Positions 1 to 7,717 of a DNA stretch of 64,000 nucleotides are shown here, piece after piece. Both the position numbers and the translations under genes were made by a program. The stretch is from Candidatus Woesearchaeota archaeon (GTDB lineage: Archaea > Nanobdellota > Nanobdellia > Woesearchaeales > JABGUJ01). The notes below the pieces were generated by a model. The model had not been told where the DNA came from. It ran no database searches and worked only from the letters and a program-made list of their open reading frames with translations. The DNA lies in NCBI GenBank assembly GCA_018646625.1, contig JABGUJ010000002.1, forward strand, positions 164,843 to 228,842, read 5' to 3'. Each line of letters begins with the position of its first letter. The first letter of the stretch is position 1.

Positions 1-96
1 TTGCGATTACTCCGAATGTAAAGCAACTCAAGTTTTTGCAGGATAAATAGAAAAGACCACACCAAGAAAGGATAAGACCGAAGAGATGATAAAATA

Positions 97-1761
97 ATGG
101 TTACGCCCGATGAGTTTGAAAATAATTTGCTCAATGAAAAGAAGGCAAGATTTCTCGCTGTTGTTAAGAAGACAGCTAATACTTTGAAAGTACCAGTACC
201 AAAAGTTAACTTTGATGGGTGTGAAGATGACAGCGGTGATGAAGAAGCACACATTCATCCTGAGATGTTACTTATTTGCGTATCAGAAAAAAAACTAAAA
301 CAAATGAGTTATGATGACATCGAGCATACTGCAAGTCATGAAGTGACCCATCTAGCAGATACTAAAGACGAGTCAAACCCGCACCATAGTAATGAATTCT
401 ATAAAAGACATCAAGAGACAGTTACATCTGGCTGGAAACCTCCCGCCGGAACTGTGCATATTAACGGTGGCGGATCAACATGCAAAGAGATTGATGACGA
501 GGAAGAAATACCTGTTGATAAAGAGCACTGCAATTATCATCTTTGTGGGAAGAAAGCCAAGCTAAGACAGTGTAAATATTGTGAGAACTATTACTGTGAT
601 GAACATCATGAGCCGTATGAACCTGAATGCGATAGGAAGTTTAAGACACCAACAAGAGAGGATGGTCATCCTTGTGCACCTTATGCAGATGTTATGATTG
701 AGAAGAAGAAGAAAGAGAAAGATAAATATGGGGACGCTCTAGCAAAATTATTAGGAAGAAAGAACCCTAAGAAAAAGCCTATCTATATTGATATTCCTGA
801 GCCAGTACCTCCGCCTAAACCACCAAAAGAACCAACTGAAGATAATTACCGTAATACCTACACATTTTTAACAAAGTTATTTCAGCCCTATATTGCATCT
901 ATTAGCAGTTTAATTAAGGAAATATGTCCCAATAACTACCGCATATCATTTTATGAGAACGGTGTTTGGAAGTCCATGACCACTTCGGCGTTCAGATATA
1001 AATTAAACACATACGGAGAAGAGTTCCAGGAATCTATGGGTGATAAGATAGAAGACAACAAATTACAAGTGTTCCTCTTATCGTTCTTCAAGATGTTAGC
1101 CTCTTTAATAAAATCAGATGTCTTGACTAAACATCAATTATTTACATTAACTAGAGAGTTTCTACAACTTACAGAAAAACGCTTAAAAATCTCAATAAAA
1201 ACAAAGCTCATATCTGAGTTTGAAGCACAAATTAAAGAAATAAAACCACCAACAATCAATCCTATTCCCGGTGGGAGAACTCCTGGTATTTCTAACCCTA
1301 ATCCAACTAAGTACAGTGGATGGGCAGGACCTATCACATTTGTCATTATGCTTGTCGGAATATTCCTATTTTTCACCCTATATCCTTCAGAAGTTAACAT
1401 ACCGGTTAATGTTAGTCCAGTAATTGAAGAAGTTGTTGAAGTGCAAAAGATTATACCAGTTGTAGAAGATGAACCAACGATAAACACATATCGCGATTAT
1501 CTAGATTATCCCAAAGTTTATCACGACCAAGAAATTGAGATGACTGGAACATACATCACACGTGAAGAAGAAAGAGAGAACAAGTTCTATGTAGACAGCT
1601 ATTTACAAGATGATGAGGGAGATACTATCAAACTTAAAGGCACAGAAGGTAGGCAGTTAGAGCAAGGTAAAACTTATAATATCTCTGGCACATTCAAAAA
1701 CTGGCCAACGGGTGCAGGGCTTGATGTGAAAAAGGTGAAAGAAAATGAAAAGGATATTTAG
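97..1761 (+). CDS. Membrane-anchored multidomain protein: SprT/WLM-like HExxH zinc metallopeptidase, AN1-like zinc finger, Pro-rich linker, TM helix, C-terminal OB-like domain
   Basis: ASHEVTHL...HHSNEFY; CNYHLC..CKYCENYYCDEHH; TM ITFVIMLVGIFLFFTLY; beta-rich C-terminus. Confidence 0.6.
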   Translation: MVTPDEFENNLLNEKKARFLAVVKKTANTLKVPVPKVNFDGCEDDSGDEEAHIHPEMLLICVSEKKLKQMSYDDIEHTASHEVTHLADTKDESNPHHSNEFYKRHQETVTSGWKPPAGTVHINGGGSTCKEIDDEEEIPVDKEHCNYHLCGKKAKLRQCKYCENYYCDEHHEPYEPECDRKFKTPTREDGHPCAPYADVMIEKKKKEKDKYGDALAKLLGRKNPKKKPIYIDIPEPVPPPKPPKEPTEDNYRNTYTFLTKLFQPYIASISSLIKEICPNNYRISFYENGVWKSMTTSAFRYKLNTYGEEFQESMGDKIEDNKLQVFLLSFFKMLASLIKSDVLTKHQLFTLTREFLQLTEKRLKISIKTKLISEFEAQIKEIKPPTINPIPGGRTPGISNPNPTKYSGWAGPITFVIMLVGIFLFFTLYPSEVNIPVNVSPVIEEVVEVQKIIPVVEDEPTINTYRDYLDYPKVYHDQEIEMTGTYITREEERENKFYVDSYLQDDEGDTIKLKGTEGRQLEQGKTYNISGTFKNWPTGAGLDVKKVKENEKDI

Positions 1762-2707
1762 GCGATTAAAAAAAGCATTAACAGGAAAAGATAAAGACGA
1801 TTTAGAAAAACATCTTGATGATCCTGAATATTTGTTAGCAGCAGGACACTCATTTTTTGAAGACGGTAAACTACCAGAGGCTATTTATTGCCTTATCAAA
1901 GCCGAAAAGATAGATCCAACTAATACTGACATACTAAATCAAATTGTAGCAGTATATAGTCAGACTGAAGGAGATGACAATCTTATGTTTAAAGCTGTAG
2001 AATATGCTGACAAAGTTTTACATCTAGATCCAGACAACTTTCAAGCTCTTAATAACAAGGGTACAGCATTAGAGGCTCTTGGGAAATTTAAGGAGGCCAT
2101 ACGCTGTTATGATCAAGCATTAAAAATCAATCCTAAATATGTTAAAGCATTAAACAACAAAGGCAGGGCATTAAAAGTATTGGGGGAATATGAGGAATCT
2201 ATAAAATACTTCAATAAGGTACTGAAAATAGAACCAGGATACAAAAAGGCATTGTACAATAAGCATAAAGCTTTAGAAAATATGGGTGAACTCGCCAAAT
2301 CAACGATTGTGATGCAGAAATATGTTCAATCAGTAACAGGAGATGAAAGTATTTGTTCTGATAAAGAATTCTTAAAGAAACATAATCAAGAAGCTGCCCC
2401 ATACAAGAAAACTATAATGTTACACAATAGAGCCATGGACCTTATCGAATTACGTAAATATTCTGATGCTTTGAAAAAATTAGATCTGGCCATTAAAGAA
2501 TATAACAAACTTAAAGTTGATAAGAACGAAATTCGAGCTAAAGGGACTTATCTAAATTTAATGAATGATAAAGGAATGGCGTTAATAAAGCTTAAAAATA
2601 TCAAAGAAGCAATACATTGTTTTGATGTTGCTTTGGAGATAGATCCGACCGATGAGACTGTGTTGCGAAATAAAGAAAGCGCTCTAAATCTTCTCGAAGA
2701 AAAATAA
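1745..2707 (+). CDS. Tetratricopeptide repeat protein
   Basis: Repeated ALNNKG..L..LG...EAI..YD.AL.I.P TPR units; start overlaps upstream gene. Confidence 0.9.
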   Translation: MKRIFRRLKKALTGKDKDDLEKHLDDPEYLLAAGHSFFEDGKLPEAIYCLIKAEKIDPTNTDILNQIVAVYSQTEGDDNLMFKAVEYADKVLHLDPDNFQALNNKGTALEALGKFKEAIRCYDQALKINPKYVKALNNKGRALKVLGEYEESIKYFNKVLKIEPGYKKALYNKHKALENMGELAKSTIVMQKYVQSVTGDESICSDKEFLKKHNQEAAPYKKTIMLHNRAMDLIELRKYSDALKKLDLAIKEYNKLKVDKNEIRAKGTYLNLMNDKGMALIKLKNIKEAIHCFDVALEIDPTDETVLRNKESALNLLEEK

Positions 2708-2740
2708 AAAGGCGACGACTCAGAAGTTAATCGCCACAGA

Positions 2741-3157
2741 TTACAATTTATTCGATAGCTTCTCTTCCCGTTTCATCTCATCATAGGCTTCTTGAAATTC
2801 TTCCCAAAATGGTTTTTCAACAGTAACATTAACATTCTCAGCTCTTACTCTATAGTTCGCACCATGATGTATCTTAAGAAGTTGAATAAGAATATTTGCA
2901 AGTTTAATCTTCATATCTGCGCTATAACATTTTGGTCTTATTTCTTCAATCAGCATTAAGATTTCAATAGCGAAGCAGTCTTTGTCATCTATCAAACTAA
3001 CAATTTTGTTTGAAACTTCATCAGTTAATCCTTTTTTACGTAACTCTCTAAGTCTAGCAGCCATTCGTTTATTTCGACTCCTCACTTTACCCCCCTTAGA
3101 GCCCAATTCTCTTGCTCGTTCCGTGCTTGTTATTGGTATTAAATTATTATTATTCAT
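2741..3157 (-). CDS. Phage-type protein with KGG motif, terminase small subunit-like
   Basis: N-terminus NLIPITSTERARELGSKGGKVRS resembles the NLIP..ARELGRKGG motif of phage TerS-like proteins; GAGGT SD upstream. Confidence 0.45.
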   Translation of the reverse strand: MNNNNLIPITSTERARELGSKGGKVRSRNKRMAARLRELRKKGLTDEVSNKIVSLIDDKDCFAIEILMLIEEIRPKCYSADMKIKLANILIQLLKIHHGANYRVRAENVNVTVEKPFWEEFQEAYDEMKREEKLSNKL

Positions 3158-3226
3158 ATGTTCAACCTCTATTCGACCTCACACACCTCTATAATAAACT
3201 ATGTAGTTGATTACTAGTTGAATAGT

Positions 3227-4210
3227 TTATACGACACCTCGGTCTTTGTATTTAGATATTATTCTGTAGATGTAAGTGTCGGAAGTTCCTATTTCTTGCT
3301 TAATTTCTTTTACACTCTTTCCTTGAAAATATCTTGACATTACTTTGAACTCAGTATTATGAGGATCACAGAAGTATTTGAGAAACTCAGTTACTAACTT
3401 GATGTCTGATTCAATAACTCGACCTCTATTATTTAAAATGCAAAGACCACCTAATAACCCCATCATTTTATCCTGTGACCGCGATAATGAGGGAGATAAA
3501 GCAAGATTCTTATAACTCCGAGATAGTTTGATTATCTCCTCGGAAAAGTCGTTAAAATTGCTTATTTCTAGCCTATCTAGTTTTATTTTATCACCAAAGT
3601 CCATACTCTTCCTCTCAGCACTAGTACGTATTAATTCAATCTGTTTATCTTCAGGTATGTGATAAAATATTGGAACAAGTCTCTCACCAAATGTATTATC
3701 CAAGAAAGATGTACGATTTCTCAGATAACTTTCTCTAGTAATATTTGCAATAACATTAATTCTAGACTTGAACACAATTGACGGAGAGTTTCTCTCTGAG
3801 TAGACATATTTTCCTTCAGATAACACTTCGGCCAGACCATTCACTAATCTATCCTTAGTTTGTTTTTTTTTAGTTGAGAATAGAAGTGTTAGATCATTAA
3901 TCATCAATGTCTTGTTATTACATAGTTTTCCTCCTCTGAACTTTTCCATCAGAGAATGCATCGTGAAATCCGATCCAAGATCAACAAATGTGGATGGCTG
4001 AAAGATCAACATAACCTCTATGGAAATTCTGCTTTTGAATTGTCCTGATGGTGCTATAGTTATGTTGGATACAGGGATATAACTACGATTCTTAACTCTC
4101 AAGCTAGCTAAACACGCTGCTTTGATAAGTCCAACGAAGCCAAGAGAATATTTTTTTTCAAAGTATTCGTAGATCTTCTTAGAGATTCTTTGTTCAGGAC
4201 TATCTAACAT
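3227..4210 (-). CDS. MCM/AAA+-like P-loop ATPase with C-terminal HTH (putative replication protein)
   Basis: Walker A-like APSGQFKS, Walker B TLMIND, LAEVLSEG, sensor-like INVIANIT, ERL; C-terminal KSVKEIKQEIGTSDTYIYRII HTH; ATG 4210 overlaps ERCC4 stop (ORF track start 4240). Confidence 0.55.
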   Translation of the reverse strand: MLDSPEQRISKKIYEYFEKKYSLGFVGLIKAACLASLRVKNRSYIPVSNITIAPSGQFKSRISIEVMLIFQPSTFVDLGSDFTMHSLMEKFRGGKLCNNKTLMINDLTLLFSTKKKQTKDRLVNGLAEVLSEGKYVYSERNSPSIVFKSRINVIANITRESYLRNRTSFLDNTFGERLVPIFYHIPEDKQIELIRTSAERKSMDFGDKIKLDRLEISNFNDFSEEIIKLSRSYKNLALSPSLSRSQDKMMGLLGGLCILNNRGRVIESDIKLVTEFLKYFCDPHNTEFKVMSRYFQGKSVKEIKQEIGTSDTYIYRIISKYKDRGVV

Positions 4211-4634
4211 TTTTATCCTCGTACTGTAAATATCCTTCAAACAGTTTAGAGATTGCTAAAGCACCACCTTGTCTGGTACCTGTAAGAATTATAGGAATTC
4301 TGTACTTAACCTGCCATTTTAACATAGTTGAAAGAATAACATTAGGAGGAACGTTAGCATAGTAATTACCATTAATTATATCATAGTAATCTGCTTCGAT
4401 GATTATTGCAAAAAAATCGAATAATAAACCTCGTTCAATTTCCTTGACAAATCGGTCTCTGTCACGAGTTATTGAACAAATCCAATCATCTAAGTTTTTT
4501 CTTTCTACCACACAACTCTTAGGCCATAAAAGGTAATCTCCAGTCGGTAACTTCTCTCGACGGTATTTGATATTAAGTTTATCAAACTCCTCCGAGTAGT
4601 CTCTTTGTTCCCGTGTGTCAATTATTATTTCCAT
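4200..4634 (-). CDS. Stand-alone ERCC4 (XPF/Mus81-type) nuclease domain protein
   Basis: IIIDTREQ, LPTGDY, VVERKNLDD, IIE motifs; probable ATG at 4634. Confidence 0.88.
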   Translation of the reverse strand: MEIIIDTREQRDYSEEFDKLNIKYRREKLPTGDYLLWPKSCVVERKNLDDWICSITRDRDRFVKEIERGLLFDFFAIIIEADYYDIINGNYYANVPPNVILSTMLKWQVKYRIPIILTGTRQGGALAISKLFEGYLQYEDKNVR

Positions 4635-4656
4635 TTTTAAAGAAAAGCAGTAACCC

Positions 4657-5121
4657 CTAAAGGGGTTTAACTGCATAATTTGTTTTGAAGGCTTGTCCAG
4701 TCTTCGTTATCCTTGCCTTGAAACTCTTGTTTCCTAACTTCTCAGCATTCTCGACTAATGACTTAAGAGCCATTATCAATCTCTTCGAGAATGTTTGCAA
4801 AGACCTTTGCACTTCTGTTCCGTTTAGTTCAACCACATCAAACTCAATGCCTTGTTGAGTTTCACCGTTGAAATCTTTCTGTACTTGTTTCCAATTCGTT
4901 AGAACTACATCTGTTGGTTCGTTTTCTTCTAACCTTACAAACTGTCCACTGAATTCACTCCAGTTTATTTCTTCCATTTTTATACCTATTTCCATCGTCG
5001 TTCTTTCCCTCGCATGTATTTTTTTCATCGATTCAGGAACTTTACAACCGTCAGCAATTAGCTCTGACAATTTTACTGATTCCATAGATGACTCTAACCA
5101 AATTAATTCTTCAATTTCCAT
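4657..5121 (-). CDS. Putative ssDNA-binding (OB-fold-like) protein of the element; alternative start at 4977
   Basis: FVRLEENEPTDVVL...KARITKTGQAFKTNYAVKPL resembles viral SSB-type beta-rich proteins; in operon with ERCC4 and ATPase. Confidence 0.4.
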   Translation of the reverse strand: MEIEELIWLESSMESVKLSELIADGCKVPESMKKIHARERTTMEIGIKMEEINWSEFSGQFVRLEENEPTDVVLTNWKQVQKDFNGETQQGIEFDVVELNGTEVQRSLQTFSKRLIMALKSLVENAEKLGNKSFKARITKTGQAFKTNYAVKPL

Positions 5122-5134
5122 TTTTCAAAAAAAC

Positions 5135-5263
5135 CTAACCCGATCCGAAAATCTTTTCGCAGATAATGCTCCTAACTAATGAACTAGTAGAAACATGTCT
5201 CTTGCGAGATTCGGATAGAAGTTTTTCTCCTTCTTCATCTTTTAGTATTGTCTGAATCCTCAT
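5135..5263 (-). CDS. 42-aa ribbon-helix-helix (CopG-like) DNA-binding protein, not in ORF track
   Basis: Manual translation MRIQTILKDEEGEKLLSESRKRHVSTSSLVRSIICEKIFGSG*; beta strand, helix and S.S.LVR..I second helix; first gene of the leftward operon. Confidence 0.65.
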   Translation of the reverse strand: MRIQTILKDEEGEKLLSESRKRHVSTSSLVRSIICEKIFGSG

Positions 5264-5271
5264 ACTAAACT

Positions 5272-5326
5272 GTAGTAGGCATTACTACTTAGTCTTTTGC
5301 GGTCCGCAAATAAAAACATTTAAGTA
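5272..5326. promoter_or_regulatory. Divergent promoter region with two inverted repeats (candidate operators) and BRE/TATA
   Basis: GTAGTA-ggcat-TACTAC (5272-5288); TTTGCGG-t-CCGCAAA (5296-5310); AAAAACATTTAAGTA ahead of ATG 5349. Confidence 0.55.
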
Positions 5327-5348
5327 GTCATAAGTACCATGTTTTGCC

Positions 5349-5888
5349 ATGATTAAGAAAAAGATAATCCTAAGCGCCAGAAAATACCGATTAGATATTC
5401 CTGGATTAATCATGAAAGGTATGGGTTGGAAAGATGATGTGATTTATATTGCTCCAAATCCTGAAAATAATACACTAATAATCTACAATAAACGAAGAAA
5501 ACCTGCAGGACTTACGGGTTTTCAACTGAATATTGAGAATGCACGTTGGATCAGGAATAAGAAAAAATACAGTCAAGAATTAGCTCTTAATTTATCAGAA
5601 GATGCGAGACGTGCTCTTCACGAGACAGATTGGAACGAAGAGGAAGATGGAGGATATGGGGAGATTGTTCGTTTAGATAATTTTATAGAAGATTTAAGAG
5701 ATGCCATAAAAAATTATCCCGATTCACTTAAAGAATCTCTAAGTGCAGTAGAAATAGCCTACATTAAACATCTAAAAGAATATGTCACCTACTTAGAGAA
5801 AAAAGGCGGTAAAAAACCAGATGGGATCGATGCAATTGAGCGAAAATATGAGGATAAGAATGCCAAGACCAAAGAAGCCAATAAATGA
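5349..5888 (+). CDS. Hypothetical protein with AbrB/MazE-like N-terminal DNA-binding domain
   Basis: KYRLDIPGLIMKGMGWKDDVIYI...NTLII swapped-hairpin-like pattern. Confidence 0.45.
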   Translation: MIKKKIILSARKYRLDIPGLIMKGMGWKDDVIYIAPNPENNTLIIYNKRRKPAGLTGFQLNIENARWIRNKKKYSQELALNLSEDARRALHETDWNEEEDGGYGEIVRLDNFIEDLRDAIKNYPDSLKESLSAVEIAYIKHLKEYVTYLEKKGGKKPDGIDAIERKYEDKNAKTKEANK

Positions 5889-6075
5889 AAAGAAGCAAAA
5901 GGTAACCATCACTTTGAATAAAAGTATGTATAAAAACCTCAAAAAGAGAGGTCTCAACATATCTGGCACAATTGAACAATTGCTCAGAGTGGCTTTATTC
6001 AATGACTACAACCAATCTAAAGATTCAGATAGATACCGGTTGACGGGGGTTCGAATCCTCCTAGGCTCATATTAA
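5860..6075 (+). CDS. CcdA/RHH-like small protein reading through the att site (possible N-terminal fragment of a split integrase)
   Basis: MPRPKKP..KKQKVTITLNKSMYKNLKKRGLNISGTIEQLL; last codons (RLTGVRILLGS) are the translated tRNA fragment. Confidence 0.6.
   Translation: MPRPKKPINEKKQKVTITLNKSMYKNLKKRGLNISGTIEQLLRVALFNDYNQSKDSDRYRLTGVRILLGSY
6035..6069 (+). repeat. 3' half of a tRNA gene (att site, attR-like); isotype not assignable
   Basis: ACCGG TTGAC GGGGG-TTCGAAT-CCTCC TAGGCTC A = anticodon-stem 3' strand, variable loop, T arm, acceptor 3' strand, discriminator; no complementary 5' acceptor strand or D arm upstream. Confidence 0.8.
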
Positions 6076-6653
6076 TTTTCTAGAATTATACCTTCGCTAA
6101 CTTCGAAGTTTTTCATATTCGGCTTGTAATTGTCCAGATTTCCTTTGAATTTGAACTCTTGGCCTTCTCGTAACGTTAAAAGACTTTCTTTTTCATCGTC
6201 ATCAAAGAATATTACAACATCAGAACCGAGACTCATTGACTTAAAAAATTGTGATGCATCCTTGATGTTTTTCATATCGCCTTGGTGACTTAAATTAATG
6301 TTGGCCATTACGATGTATTGACCCATTACATTCTTATCAACTGTACCCACATAAGCAGTCCACTCTACCAGATTGTTTTCGTATTTAGTTCGCCAAAATT
6401 CCTTTAGTTGAAGATCCGTTCGATCTTCCTTGAAGAACATATTATGTAGTGTTTCAAGAGATTCATTGATTTTTACTTGTTGTTTAACTTCTTCTTGTTT
6501 AGGTTCCGGAAGCGAAAAATTACCTTCTAAGAATTGGTTATAATCAGTAGGCATTCTTCCTGAATCGTATAGCATAAATGCAGCTAAGAGAACTGCAAGA
6601 ATAACTGGTAGAATGATCCAAAGTAAAGTGTGAGACTGCGCTCTTGAAGCCAT
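6072..6653 (-). CDS. Membrane-anchored OB-fold (tRNA_anti-like) protein
   Basis: N-terminal TM; YENNLVEWTAYV...LLTLREGQEFKFKG pattern. Confidence 0.55.
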   Translation of the reverse strand: MASRAQSHTLLWIILPVILAVLLAAFMLYDSGRMPTDYNQFLEGNFSLPEPKQEEVKQQVKINESLETLHNMFFKEDRTDLQLKEFWRTKYENNLVEWTAYVGTVDKNVMGQYIVMANINLSHQGDMKNIKDASQFFKSMSLGSDVVIFFDDDEKESLLTLREGQEFKFKGNLDNYKPNMKNFEVSEGIILEN

Positions 6654-6698
6654 AGTGGCCTATTGTTAAATTAAGGATTTAAATGTTTCTTTTAAGAA

Positions 6699-7271
6699 TT
6701 AAGCCAAAGTCCCATAAGATAAAGGTACAACCAAAAATAGGAATGCCACAAGTAAAAGAAAACTTACAGATAACACTATAGCTGAAAGAAATTTATGTTC
6801 CTCTTTCCAAATATACATTGTGGAAACAGCAATTATAAGCATAAGAGAAATATAGAGTATTGATATCCCGCCTGAAATCAAAAACAAGCCTACACCCATA
6901 GGAAAAATATCAATTGCCGTTAAGAATATCATTATAACAGACGCCACCCAAATATTTCCTAAAACTAGAAGTGACTTGTAACCTGCCTTCATAATAAGTA
7001 ATCCAGTAAAGAATAGAAGTCCGTAAGTGAATATGTACGATAGTATTAGTGCAGGCAATAAAAATATTAGTCCTCCCGAACCAATAAATAAAGATAATGG
7101 CGTTCCAACAGAAATAAGAATTGCGGGAAATAAAGATGCAAATAATGAAGCCTTAGCCCATACTTTGGTTTTGTTTTCCAACTCATCTGAATGTTCTATC
7201 AAAAAATAATGCCTAAAAATAAATATCATGTAAACGACAAAAATCCAAGTTAGTAAATGCCACATGAACAT
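6699..7271 (-). CDS. Polytopic membrane protein, unknown function
   Basis: About 6 hydrophobic segments. Confidence 0.65.
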   Translation of the reverse strand: MFMWHLLTWIFVVYMIFIFRHYFLIEHSDELENKTKVWAKASLFASLFPAILISVGTPLSLFIGSGGLIFLLPALILSYIFTYGLLFFTGLLIMKAGYKSLLVLGNIWVASVIMIFLTAIDIFPMGVGLFLISGGISILYISLMLIIAVSTMYIWKEEHKFLSAIVLSVSFLLLVAFLFLVVPLSYGTLA

Positions 7272-7309
7272 ATAATAATAGTCGCAGGCGTAGTTTTTAA
7301 GTATTTCTT

Positions 7310-7714
7310 TTAAGAATTCTCAATATTTACTTCGAATCCAACTTCTTGAAATGCCTTTATTGCAAGATCTAAGTGTTCTTCCCTAATTAACGCATAATCT
7401 TTTGAGAATGTTGAAACTAATAAAATGTTTTGTCCTTTGTCTGCAATTGTTTTTGATATCTTTGCCAAGAACCCAGGCGCTAAGAAAGGTATTGAAACTT
7501 TGAATTCAAACAACTTAAACCACTTAACTTCTTTTTCATATTTGGTGTCTTTTATATTCGCTTCTTCAGTTATAATTGTTGTTTCGTCTTTGTCTTTGCT
7601 TATTAGAAAATGATTTCTTATGTTTGTGTCTTCTCCTTTAAGGTATGCGTATCTTCCTGCAAGTACAGTCACAGGGCTTGATTTGATCACTTCGTCTAGT
7701 GTTGTTTCCGTCAT
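7310..7714 (-). CDS. ACT-domain (CASTOR/DUF2241-like) protein
   Basis: DETTII, PGFLAKISKTIADKGQNILLVSTFSKDYALI. Confidence 0.8.
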   Translation of the reverse strand: MTETTLDEVIKSSPVTVLAGRYAYLKGEDTNIRNHFLISKDKDETTIITEEANIKDTKYEKEVKWFKLFEFKVSIPFLAPGFLAKISKTIADKGQNILLVSTFSKDYALIREEHLDLAIKAFQEVGFEVNIENS

Positions 7715-7717
7715 AAT

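Larger units (their letters stand above)
1..6069. mobile_element. Right portion of a tRNA-integrated element (provirus, satellite or integrated plasmid); left end lies upstream of the window
   Basis: Bounded on the right by a 3' tRNA half (6035-6069); contains RHH/AbrB-like regulators, ERCC4 nuclease, MCM-like ATPase-HTH and a TerS-like gene; host-type genes resume after 6072. Confidence 0.7.

Noticed and set aside
5990..6069. Complete tRNA gene
   Set aside because: Only the 3' half folds; no matching 5' acceptor strand, D arm or canonical anticodon loop upstream, so treated as an att remnant
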